Both the position numbers and the translations under genes were made by a program. Source: Monocercomonoides exilis PA203 (Eukaryota; Protista; Preaxostyla). Taken from it: a stretch of DNA of 64,000 bases. Numbering within the stretch: position 1 is the first letter of the stretch; every line of letters starts with the position of its first letter. The notes beneath the pieces were generated by a model. It worked only from the letters and a program-made list of their open reading frames with translations. It had not been told where the DNA came from and made no database searches. The DNA is taken from contig LSRY02000001.1 of assembly GCA_001643675.2 (NCBI GenBank), forward strand, positions 1,178,001 to 1,242,000, read 5' to 3'. Positions 1 to 11,880 of the stretch are shown in pieces.

Positions 1-210
1 AGTAATAATTTCGAAATTCCCAATCTGGAATTTTTCATATGCGTATTTGCGAACACTGTTTTTCTTGATTTGCAATTCGGACACCTAAAAATTCTATCTT
101 GAACAGAATCCTTTGTGAAATACATTATTGATCCGCACTTCTCGCACTCCATCTTTTTGTCCGATAACACAGACATCATTAACCAATCTCAACAATTTTC
201 CTCATTTTGA
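1..210 (-). pseudogene. N-terminal zinc ribbon of a Merlin/IS1595-like transposase (continues off the left edge)
   Basis: Manual translation of the minus strand from 152: MECEKCGSIMYFTKDSVQDRIFRCPNCKSRKTVFANTHMKNSRLGISKLL (CxxC...CxxC then T-x-x-x-x-S-x-L), typical of IS1595/Merlin N-termini. An in-frame TGA lies just upstream (ENC*DWL). Confidence 0.6.
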
Positions 211-1333
211 AACAATGTTAAATAAGAAGAGGTTTCACTTTTTTCCTCGATTTTTCATTTGATTGAAATAATCACTATCACTTGTGTGGAAATTGTTTCT
301 GTTAATTCTCGATAATATAATAGAGAAATTGATCCGAATTTTTGAGGCTGTTAATTTGCAACAATCAATAAAAAAATATCAATCAATATTCATTTAACAT
401 TGTCTTTTTTTTCAATGATAAAAAACGATAAATACAAAAAATATTATAAAAACATAGGCATTATTGAATTTTTTTCTTTAAGAAATTTTTGATTTTTTTT
501 TAATCAAGAGTGAAGGAAATACGGAAATAGAATACTGTTAAAGATTCACACCCACAAGATCTTAATATTCGATAAATGCACAATGAAAAATTTGTCCATC
601 CTATTTCAAAAGAAAAGATTGCGAAAAAATTGTGAAGTTGTTAATTAAATAAAAATGAAAACCTTTTCAACATTTTTTAAATTAACAGTTTCTGAATCAC
701 TTCATTTTCAACTTAAAAATAAACACTGTTCAAACAGTTAATAATTGAATTTTTTTGTTCTGGAACTTTTTTTCTTTCATTTAAAACAAAATATTTGACT
801 TTATGCATTTTCATTGAAAAATTATGCTTTTTTTTTAACTATTTGTGATTAAAAAATAGGAAACAAATGGGCTTATATTTTGAAATTCGTTTTATGAAAC
901 GAAACATAATGTTGTTGTATCAATGATGTTTTTTTCCAGATAAAAAAAATCAAATTTTTTTTGAAATCTGAGAAAGTTTAATTATGTTATTAGAAAAATA
1001 ATTTTTCAATACTTTATGCATTAAAAGCTTGAAAACCCGAAATTTCCCCCATTTGTTCATTTTTTCACAATCACAGTCACATGAAAACACTCGTAAAATT
1101 ATATAATTTAATTTTTATCTTTTATTATTAGATATATTTCATATGGATGATTTGCAATCCTTGGCAATTATTTTGATTTTTCAAAAAAAAAAAGAATCAA
1201 TATTAAAAATATTTTTGTAAAAAATTGTGAAAATGAATTTTTCAAACGAACGTATTAATAATGACAAAGATAAAGATTAAAGTAATATGCAATAAATATT
1301 ATCAAAACACCTGGAAAACAGTTCACATAAATG

Positions 1334-2600
1334 TTAAAGATTATGTATTTGTTTAAAATGAATAAATGAATATGATATGAACCATTTAATGGAAAAGTGA
1401 TTTTTGAAAGTCAATTTTGTATGTTTAACTGTTTTATCTTCTTTCCATTTTGAAGATGATCCATTATCTCCAACTTCATTTTGAAATGTTTCTGAAGAAG
1501 AAGTTGTTGAATCATCATCAACATTTATATTCAGTGAGATATTATCTTTATCTGGAACATCATCTTCACTTTTTATATACTTTCTTTCTTCTTCTTTTTT
1601 ATCATAATTTAATATATCATCTCCGATTTCTATTTCCATTTCATCAGTTTCATCAGTATCATCATGATGAATTTTCAATTCCATTTCATTTCTGCTTTTT
1701 TTTTCAAAATTTCGTCAGATCGAGATATATCCAATATGAACTGTTCAAAATTGTAATCTTTTCTTTTTCTATTTGAAAATTGAGATAAATAATCAGGAAA
1801 AAATTTTATTCTGATACCATGAGAAGGAAAAAACGAACTGAAATAGATCCAAAAACCTTCTATATTGTTTGAACAAGCTTCAGAATCTGGATCGTCACAG
1901 TTTTGTTTGTGACAAACAGTTTTGTGAATGTGAACTATTTCTTCAAGACAATAGTTAGCCTTCCACTCATCAATATGAATTTCTGTTCCTTTTTTAATAT
2001 ATTTTTCAATAATTGGAATCAATGTTCTTTTGCTTCTATTTGGAACAGTTTGAATTAGTTTTTTTGCTTCCTCTTTATAGTTTCTTTTCTCAATAGCTCC
2101 AAAAATCCATATTTGTTTCTTCATCCTCCCTCTTTTGTACTTCCTCCTCCTCCATATTGCCTCATCAATTTGAACAATAACTCCTTCACCACCTCGTGAA
2201 ACATTTTGCATGTTGATTAGTTCTGTTGCAACTGTTTTTATTGCACTCCCCCAATATCCTATTGAAGATTTCGTAACATCTGTGATCAGTCTGATTTGAG
2301 TTACTGATAAACCAATCCATAACATCTAAATAATAAGAAGAATTTGGTTCAATTTCTGATGAGACCCGAAAAAAACTGTGTTCTTGAATGCTGAACGTTT
2401 GATTGAGCACTCAAAATTTGAAAAATTTGATATATGTTGATTTTTTCATAATATGATTTTGCAACATTTCGGATAAGTTGCATTTTGATTGTTCATCGCG
2501 TAATCGGAAAACCATTTTAAAGTTGAATGAAAGTTTGAAAATTTTTGAAACATTGATGAAAAAAAATACCAATTTGCATTTTTGTGGTTCGATCATATCA
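1334..2600 (-). mobile_element. Degenerate Merlin (IS1595/ISXO2-like) DDE transposase
   Basis: ORF 1675..2325 has VQIDEA..RKYKRGR, WIFGAIE, VPNRSKRTLIPII, IHIDEW, H-x-TVCH, NNIEGFW and YL-x-x-F, the ISXO2 motif series. The N-terminus is frameshifted (2330-2600). Acidic ORF 1334..1684 is probably a frameshifted C-terminal tail. Confidence 0.85.
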
Positions 2601-3482
2601 AATGATGAAAAATCATTGTATTATTTATTCATTTTTCATATTTTTATGTATTTTTTAAAAAAACTTTTGTTATATAATAATGAATATGTGCTTTCACATA
2701 AAACGAATGAAAAAGAAAAAAATCTAACAAAGCAATATTAACATAGATATTTGGGCACCAAAAAAGTGACTTAATGAAAATTTATTTTTGAAAATACGAA
2801 TAATATTTTTTTTTTTGTATATCACATTTTTTCAGACAAAATTTTCTGTTTAAAAATTTCTCATGAGCATAAACAAACAAACATTGAAAAGTTCAAATAT
2901 TTTGCAAAAGACATCTTCATGTTTATTTCAGGTGAAGCATTTGTTTTTAAAAAACAATTGTGATAATAAAAACACTTGTATGCAAAATATCTTTTCAAAA
3001 ACAAACAATCTTTGAAAAATCAACACACGGAAAAAAGTTATGATTTCAAAAATAATCTCCTGTTATTTTTAATGACATGAGACCATTTTCATTGTTTGTT
3101 TCAAAAAAATGTTCATCAGATGAAAATTATTTTATTATAATGCGGATTTATATATGTGTTATTATATTTGAGTTCATTACTTTTTTCAGAGTGTTTATTC
3201 TTAGAAGGTTTTGTTTCTATGGAGAGGTTTTATTCATTCAAAACAGAAAAATTATTTCAATTATTTCAAAAAGCCAATGTTCACGATGAAGAAAAGAAAA
3301 AAAATTTTTTTGAAAAAATATTATCATAATTTTTCAGTGCATAATTATTATAATTCCAACAAATATTTCGAACCAAAATAATTGAAGAAAAAAATGAATT
3401 TTTTGAAAAAAAATGACTTATTTCATTTTTTGGCCATATAAACATTTTTCGATGAGTTCAAAAGAAACATTTTTTGTCATGT

Positions 3483-3750
3483 GGGGGATAATACGGACTT
3501 TCAAGCATTTTTTTGCACAAAGCATGAAAAAAATGTTCCTATTCTAACATATTAAACTTAACCAGATTTCAAAACAAATTTGATTTTCATATTTGCAAGC
3601 AAATATCATTGATAAAAAACATTAAGTTTTGTGACATCACATTTATTTCAGAAAATAAACCCATTTTTTTTAATTTTTTGATCACAGAAAGTTCATCTTT
3701 AATGTATAATTTTTCAATGAAAATGCCTAAAGACAAATATTTTGTCCCAT
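3483..3750. mobile_element. ~270-bp MITE-like repeat, copy A
   Basis: Collinear with 10724-10990 along its length. Ends are imperfect inverted repeats (GGGGGATAATACGGACTT ... AAATATTTTGTCCCA). Confidence 0.7.
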
Positions 3751-5249
3751 GTTTTCGTCAGAGGATATTCAATTCAAAATTTTGGTAAATTTTGATCAAA
3801 AATGTGGATTTCAGATTATTAGAAAACTCAATGTGTTTCAATGACCATGATAGACTTTTTTTGAATTCAGGAAATGCAGTTTCCAACTTTTTTTCGTAGT
3901 TAAGAATCGAAAAGAACTGCACACAAATTCACATACTTTAAAGCATTACATTTATGTGGTTTGTTCTTTGTGTTTTATTTTTATTTTGATATCAATAAAA
4001 TAATATTTTGTTCTTTTCATAGACAATAGCACGACCATTGATAGTAAATTTATTTCGACAAGTTTTTCAATGAAAAAAGATTATTTTTATTTTCGCAGGT
4101 TTATTGATCACTAATTTTCTTTGTCTTGATAATTTGTGCCTTTCATTAATGCGATTTATTATTTATTTTGAAAATGTTAAAAAAAAACAGAAAAATAAAT
4201 TGTTCTTTTCTTTTGTTTTTCTTTTTTCAGTAATGTTTTTATTTCTTTTTTTATTCTGAAAATTATAGTTTCTATAAATTGAAATTGCTATTCCTTGCTT
4301 TTTTTTAAAAAAAAAGAGTCATCTTGATTCTTTGTCAAAAACAGTCAAAACTTGAAGTTTGAAACAACGCCATTAACAAAATGTTTGACAATCAAATTGC
4401 ATAGTGATTTCCTGAATGATTATTGTTTGAGATGAAAAGATTGAAAAGGTTTGTTATGTTTTTCAGCTTTTCACGATAGTTTATTTCTCACATATCATTT
4501 CTTTGGATTATTCTCACTTTCATCAGAATCCGTAAAAATAACATATTGCTCAGATAATCTTTTGAGCAAATATTTCACCGACTACATGGAATTTTTTTTG
4601 TGCAATTTTTTTTTTCTTCCGAATTATCTTATTCGTCGCTTGATGAAAGATTTTCTTTTATGCAATCTCTGCTGTCAAGATCTTTTGTCCTTTTTGTTTT
4701 TCACATATTGGATCTGGAAAAGCGATGATCAATTTCAAGAAATGATTCGACAGAACTATCCTAACAACTTGATGAAAAGCTCATAAGTTTTTGAACATCA
4801 TTTTCACCAAATAATTCTGATATTCATAAAATCAATCTTTCGTGTTCACAACTTCGATGAAAAACATGAACACCCTAAATTCTTTCTTCTTCTTCTTGTG
4901 AATCAGTTGGATCTAATTCGAAATCTGTTGAAAAAAAGTTATCGTCAGGCTTAGTATTGTCACCAGTATTTTTGTTCGAAGTGAGATTCGATAGTTTAGA
5001 ATCAGTTTGTGTTATTTTTGAAGATGATTGTTTTTCCTTATTGTTTTATGTCGCTTTTTGCTTCATATTTTTCATCTGAATATTCTCAACTCTTTCATCA
5101 TCATAAATAGTCATTTTCTTTACAAAGTCTTGCCATTCATTCAGAACTGCATTTGATGTTATTTGTTAACCAGAGATGGACCATCTTTTCGTCTGTCTAT
5201 CTGGTTTCACACCGAAAGGCAAGGAATCCAAAGTGCGCATCAGAACATG

Positions 5250-6896
5250 AGATATTTGGAAAGATGTCATTCCAGCTTTGTCGAACCTATGCCGTATTAT
5301 TCTTGGAGTTGTTGCATAACTTGAGCAATCAGCAAAAGCTTTCAAGAAAGAAAAAAATATTTGGGAGAAATCTGAAGGAATTTTGCAACGATATATTCTT
5401 TAGCACATTCCTGCAATAGTTTTAAGTCCTGCTTTGAAAAATGACCATTCAATTATCTGAATGCTGGTTGAACTTAACAAGATTCTTATTTCTATTAAAA
5501 TTCAAATTTTTGAAAGACAAAGATTTTCATGAATTGATTCACAAATCCAAGATTAAGATTTCAGCAGCCAATTACATTTGTCTCACTCATTCTTATTCAA
5601 CAAGACATTTGAGGAAGAATATTCGTCCTTTTGAAATGAAGAAACAAAATCCTTTCATAAATTGTTTTCTATTTCATCTGCATAAATGCGCTTATCATGT
5701 GAAAGAAAGTTGTGTTGAGAATGCGTTAAGAAAAACTGTGAAAAAATCTGTTAAAGTTCAGTGGATTTGCATTTAAAAGTTGTTCCAATTTTTGCTGATT
5801 CAAAATCAAAAGAATTTGAAATTGGATCACAATCGCAAACTGAGCCACTTGACATTTTGAATGTTTAAGAAATGTTTAAATCTTTTTAGGATTCATCATC
5901 ATCGATGTTTTTTTGATTTCGAGAATGAATGAGTGATGATTCTTTGCTCGGCGATGAACGTTGCTCGATAATTTTTGTTGAATCAAAAATTGAATTCCAC
6001 TCCTATTGCATCATTTCATTGATGAATGTTTTCCTTAACTGTTCTAATTCTTGTTTTTCGTTTGTTTTTATTTTTCTAGTTTTTGGTTCTTGTTATTCTT
6101 GAAGACGTCGATTCATTTTTTTCCCATATTTTTGTTGCTTTTGAATATGTGGAAACACGTTTGTCAACATTATTTCTTCGAATAACTCTTTTGATACCCA
6201 ATTTTTTTTATATGAGCAATATATAACAATCATCACTTTTCTGTTCTTTAATCTCTTTTCAAAATTAATAATGTGAAATGTGATAAGTTGGCAGACAGAA
6301 TCCATTTGCTCTGACGATTAAAAGAAGTGTAATGTTATGAAGAGGAAATTTTTTTAAAGAAGAAATGAATGAGCATTTATTCAACACAACTCTGAAGTTT
6401 TTTCTCCGATCTGAAGATTGACAACTGGTTTCATCCTGCTATAATATGAACGAAGGATGATATTTCTTTCACTTCATTTGTTAACGTAAATGCATCAAAA
6501 ACGAAAGAATATTGTTTTTCAAAAAAGCCCTCAGTCGAGTATGGCCCAATTTCATTACGCAATATTTTTTGAGTTGTTTGCGTCTTTCAAGAAGGCTGTA
6601 CACCCATCGCATGCTTGGAATCCCAATATATATATCGGATTTTTCTGAACTTTGTATTCTAATCCTCCTTACCCAAAAATAATGACGAAAAAAAACAAGA
6701 ATCTTATCCAAACTATTTTTGGGATATCTTTTATTGTCGGCCGAGTGACAACATCGTCCAAATTGAATAGTATTTCTTGCAATCTTTCTTTTTCTTCTTC
6801 CGATAAAAACTTTGGCCTTCCATTTTTTCCTGTTAATTCTCCTTTGGAGATCATTCGAGAAGCTCTTTGTTTGCTATAATAACATTGTGCTGTCAT
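5250..6896 (-). pseudogene. Highly decayed pogo-like (DDE_1) transposase
   Basis: HTH region GKNGRPKFLSEEE (6669..6896) parallels GRPELFTKED at 62587 and GRPGLFNKEE at 57949. WVSKELFEEIM (6093..6305) parallels WMTRRDFEKIM. TPRIIRHRFDKAGM (~5260-5310) parallels SPRIMRKSFEALGI. Many stops and frameshifts. Confidence 0.65.
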
Positions 6897-8903
6897 TTTA
6901 TTTATTAAATCTTTTTGTTTTTCCTTTTATCCATCTCTGAAAACAAATTGAGAAAGATTGGAAAAAGAGAGAAACCTTATTTATTTGTTTTAAGGTATAA
7001 AAAAGTTTAAAACTCTTATTCAAATATTTTCTAACCTGTTAAATTATTTAAGTGAAGAAAAAATATAAATGAAATAATTACAAGATAATTTATCAAAAAA
7101 TGTTATTGGAGAAAGATCATTTATTGTGCGTTCACAAATGTTTTTTATTTTTTTTCAAATAACAAAGAATAAACAAACATCCAAAATTATAATTGTTTTT
7201 TTAAAGTCTTTTAAGATTTGAAAAAATTTGTTTTTTAACAAGATTTGTTTTTGGCAAACATTTCTCATCAAAATTCAAATTCTATTCAACACAAATATAT
7301 ATATCGGAAATGTTTTGAAAAATTTTTAGTGTTTTATTTTCATAAATTTTTTTAAAAAAATCTCATACATTTTTATCGAATTACTGTTCCCAAATTTGAA
7401 AATTCGCAGAAATGTGTATTATAACCATGTTAAGATTTTGGTTTTGATATCTATTTGAGTGAAGTTTTATACGTGGAAACAGAAATTTGATCAAAATATG
7501 AAATTTTAATTCTATAAGAATTTTAAACAAAAGGAACCATACAAAAAATTTAGACATTTGTGTGATTATTTATGAAATCATATTTTTTCTGTAACAATAT
7601 TCTGTTTGAAATTCTGTATTGCATTTTTGTTAATGAGCATTGAAAAGTGAAAACGCTATCTTCAAAAAAATTGTCATGAATACAACAAAAAAGTTTGCTT
7701 TTGCAATAGTTGCAATTTAAAAAAATTTGGATATGATAATTATCTAGCCATTTACAAAAGAATATAAAAAATTCAACCCCTCGAAAAAAGTTATAATTTC
7801 AAAAATAATCACACGTATGAACGATAGAAAAAGCCGATATGACAGAAATTTCATTCTGGAAAAGAATATTTCATGATTTGTTCAAAACTTTTGAATATCG
7901 AAATAATTCTCATTACGAACATAATATATGATAATTTGATGATTATTTTTATAATCAAATTTATCTTTCATAATATTTTTGTTTGAAAATTTGTGAAAAA
8001 TATTAAAAATTAAACACTGAAAAATTATAATACAATTTATTAAGTATTTTTCAGATATTCTTTTTTTCCATCGGTAATATGAAACAATGATAATGCATTC
8101 TGCATAAAAATGAGTAATTTCTTATCAAAAGGCAAAAAACTTTTAAAAGGAAGCACTCCACAAAAAAGTCATAATTTCGGAAAGAACAACATAAACCACA
8201 ACGCCTCTGTATTTGGTGTCGGACATTCAACAAAATGAACAAGTCGATCAATGAAATAAAAAGGATAGGCTGAATGAGAAACGTGCAAAGAAATAAACAA
8301 AATCATTGTGGTGTTGTGTAAGCGAATAGTGAATACTGGTGAAAACAATAAGTCATTTTTAAGTTTGGAAAGATGTATCGTTGAAAAGGTTGTTCTATAT
8401 GAATATAATGGAGAAAGCCAATTAACTCTCAACAGCAGACGATTAATCAACAACACCTCTGTTGTGTGAGAAACACTAATTGAGCTTCAAAACTTCTTTA
8501 TTCATGAACGTCATTTCCTTAGCTCTTTCTGTTTCCAACTCTCATATTGTCACTTTTGTTTTATCTTTTTTCTTCTTTAACTCTCGCTGTTGGTTATTTG
8601 TATTCGAGATTAGGAAGGTTTGTGTGATTGGTATTGTGGTGCTTTCATGAAAAGGGAACAGTGGGAGTTAACAGTCGAAGTGAACAGTTGTGCAGGATGT
8701 TATGATGGTTATAAAAATTGACTGAGTTGAAAGAAATGTTCGTTGCACATTCGCCATTAATTCCACCATTTCTGACGTTGAAGATTTTGGTAGCTGAGAT
8801 AATTTTGACAGTTCCAACGATTGAACAGGTTTGCAGGAAAACGGAGGGGAGAAGGCTGCTTGGAAAGGCCTTGGCAATTTTTGCTGCATTCTGGCAGATA
8901 TGA

Positions 8904-9518
8904 TTACTTTAAATACGATCGTGAAGGTGTATGTGCTGAATGTGACAACATTGAGTGATGCGAGATAAACACTTCTGGCACACCCTTCAAGGAAGAAGCT
9001 GAAATTGAGGTAACTTTTAATGAATATGATCTGATTTCTTTTTGAACACCACCTTGATTCATTGCCCATTTTGCCAGTTCTCCAACTCTATTAACTGTGA
9101 GAAGCGTTTTCACCACTGCATTAAGAAGAAACGTGTATTGGTGAGGTTAAGTCTCATTCACTCTCCTCCACAATTCCAAAACTGCTCTGAAAGGACAAAT
9201 TTTCTTTTGGTCATGTCTCAGAGCTCGAATTGTAATAAATAAATGATGAAAGTGGGTCTTTCTCTTTGATTTCAAAAAAGTTTCATCTTTTGTGATGAGA
9301 GATCATAACATGGATATAACAACAAAATTGTCAAAGCTGCATGATGAAAGCAACACGAATAAAACGATGCATTTTAACGTGAGGAAATTAAATGTTAGTT
9401 GAAATATCGTTTGTAACATTTCATAGAATTTAAAAAAACTGATTTGGTTACAACATTGATGTGAATGGTGTTCGAGTGATGTGACTTCTGGCAAACGATC
9501 TAAAGATTCAGTCCACAA
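8904..9518 (-). pseudogene. Tyrosine recombinase of the DIRS element (fragmented)
   Basis: Box I-like LTLKCIVLFVLLSS (9303..9518). Box II-like RSYSLKVTSISAS..KGV...I....S..T..RSYL with the terminal Tyr (8904..9116). Confidence 0.65.
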
Positions 9519-9837
9519 TTGCTGCTTCTCCTAAATCTTTATCGAACACGAGTTTTGAAATGAGTGATATGGCTGAACGTGTCAACTCAATATCGAATAA
9601 AAATTGTCTAAATCATTCAAAGAAATTTGCTAACAAATAAGCCTTTCCCCCAAATTCTCTACTCGTTCGGGCATCCAGTTCCATCAGGAAAGCCTGCTAA
9701 TTTGCCAAATAAAGAATATCCAAAAGAATACACTATCCACGTCGTCTTCCACATGCTCCATTTCAATTCAATGGTTAATCTGTTGTCAATGTTGTCTCTC
9801 TCTGCTGTTCTGAAATAAAACTGTTCACCTCTCTGTC

Positions 9838-10125
9838 TTACCATAACTTTGCTGCCATGTACTGTCCCGGTGGAAGCGTTGCACCCGCTTGAGTCATTCC
9901 TATTCCAGGCTTCAAACAATAATTGCTGTGATTCCAGATTATGCAACGCGTCATTAACTTGTACAAGAGCTGACTCCACACCTGCCCTCTCCAATTCGGT
10001 AGGAGCAGAATTGCTCTCGCTTTCTCTGCTGCTATCTTCCGAAGTGTCGGAAGCAAAAGCGGAATTGGAGGATGTGCCCAAACTATCTCCTGACTCCACT
10101 TCCATGCGAGACAGTCTTCGCACAT
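9838..10125 (-). pseudogene. DIRS-type N6-adenine methyltransferase-like domain
   Basis: DCLAWKWSQEIVWAHPPIPLLLPTLRKI..EKARAILLLPNWRGQVW matches the Dam-like module that follows RNase H in DIRS1 elements. Confidence 0.75.
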
Positions 10126-10249
10126 GTGGCTTCCTTGTACGCACCACCTTCTCAGTTTGTGGTTTCATCTTGATGCGAATGCGAAGATGGCAGGTTGCAT
10201 TTTCATTTTTCGCAGAACTTCTTCTATCACTTTCGTTTTTTATTTTGTA

Positions 10250-11880
10250 GTCTCCCACTCGCTCCAGACGAGATTGAGCGTCTGCTTCTATATTGTTTGC
10301 TCCCGGAATATGAACTGCTTTCACTACTAGTTGTTCCTTCGTCATAAGGCTGTAAATCCTCTTTAATAGACATCTCAGAATTCTTCCTGCTCCTCAACGA
10401 TTGATGTTGAAAACTGCTGACTTGTTGTCCGATCTGATCAGCAGGCGATTCATTTTATGTTCTGACTGTCACGCTGAATGATATGTGGGAGACAAACTTC
10501 TTTTGAGCAATTTGCAGAATTGCTCTCTCAGCTGTTGGCGATGCATCCGTTGTTAATATAAACTGCCAATGAAGCAACAAGTTGAGCCTGTGTATCTGGA
10601 TGTGGAATAGACGGGTTTGCAAGAACTGAATTTGTACACAGACATTGTGACTGAATCGGAATGATCCACTACATCCTGCCTTCTTTATTGCATTGGATAA
10701 AACTTCGCAAAGCTTATTTATATTGGGGAAAATACGGACTTTCAAGCTTTTTTTGAACAAAGCATGAAAAAATAGTTTCTATTCTAACATATTTAAACTT
10801 AACCAGATTTCAAAATAAATTCGATTTTCATATTTGCAGGCAAATATCATTGATATAATAACATTATGTTTTGCAACCTCAAACGAATTTCAAAAATTAA
10901 TCCATTTATTTCAAATTTGTTGATCACAAAAAATCATCTTTGATACATAATTTTTCAATGAAAATGCCTAAAGTCAAATATTTTGTCCCACATGCAGTAT
11001 GGTATCCATCACAACAAATCTGAATGAACTGTTTCATCCCACAAATCCTGAAAAATGCCTGATTCTCATTTGCACGTTTCTCAATGCAATTTTTGGCCAT
11101 CTTTTGCACATTGCGCACACGTTCAACCTCCTCTTCTGTTCCAAGCAAACACTCATCTGGTTCGTATTTCATTCCCATCCTAGAAATGTGAATGCCAGCA
11201 TGGGATACGTCACGCTCTTCTCCATGTTGATGATGATACACAACGTTTCGAACCACTGATCAATCTCTCATTTTATTTTTGTAAATTCTTCTTCATCTTT
11301 TTTAGTGAGGAGTACGTTATCGATAAAAGAAACACAACGAACGTTCCATCCATTTCTCATTTTCTTTACTGCCTCCAACACGACCTTTGCAAAGATGCGA
11401 GGAGCATTTTTCATTCCGAATGGCATGCATTCGAATTCGATGTTCTTGTCATAGAGCTTTTATGAAAGGAAAGGGATGAATATTTCGCTCACTGGAATCT
11501 TAAATTGTGCTTTAAAAGTGTCTGGTAATGTTGAAAAGTCTTCTTTTTTTTTAAGCTTCTCGAATGTGCACAAGTCTTCCATCTTGAAATGAGTATCCTT
11601 TACGCTGAATTCAGAGGGACGCAGTCCAAGGCTTGGAGGTATTTTCCGTTCTTCTTGTGAATGAAGAACAGGTTGCTGAGATATTTGACAACCAATTTCT
11701 TTTGATCCCTTTGAATTCTGGCTTGAACTCCTTCCTTCACCTTGCGTGAGCATTCTTCTCACTCTGTCTCCGTCAAATGAATCCTTCCCATCCGCAACTT
11801 CATTTTCCAGCATTAATCTTTCCTGTTTCCGTTTCCACACAGGCTCGACTCCGTTGGAAATTAATCTTTTCACTTGCATG
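10250..11880 (-). pseudogene. Reverse transcriptase / RNase H of the DIRS element, interrupted by a MITE
   Basis: MPFG motif, YxDD box degenerated to FIDN, RNase H TDAS / SDN / N..AD..SR motifs. Several frameshifts. Confidence 0.8.
10724..10990. mobile_element. ~270-bp MITE-like repeat, copy B, nested in the DIRS pol region
   Basis: Direct-orientation homolog of 3483-3750. Imperfect TIRs TGGGGAAAATACGGACTTT / AAAGTCAAATATTTTGTCCCA. It is an AT-rich block splitting the RT-RNase H coding sequence. Confidence 0.75.
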
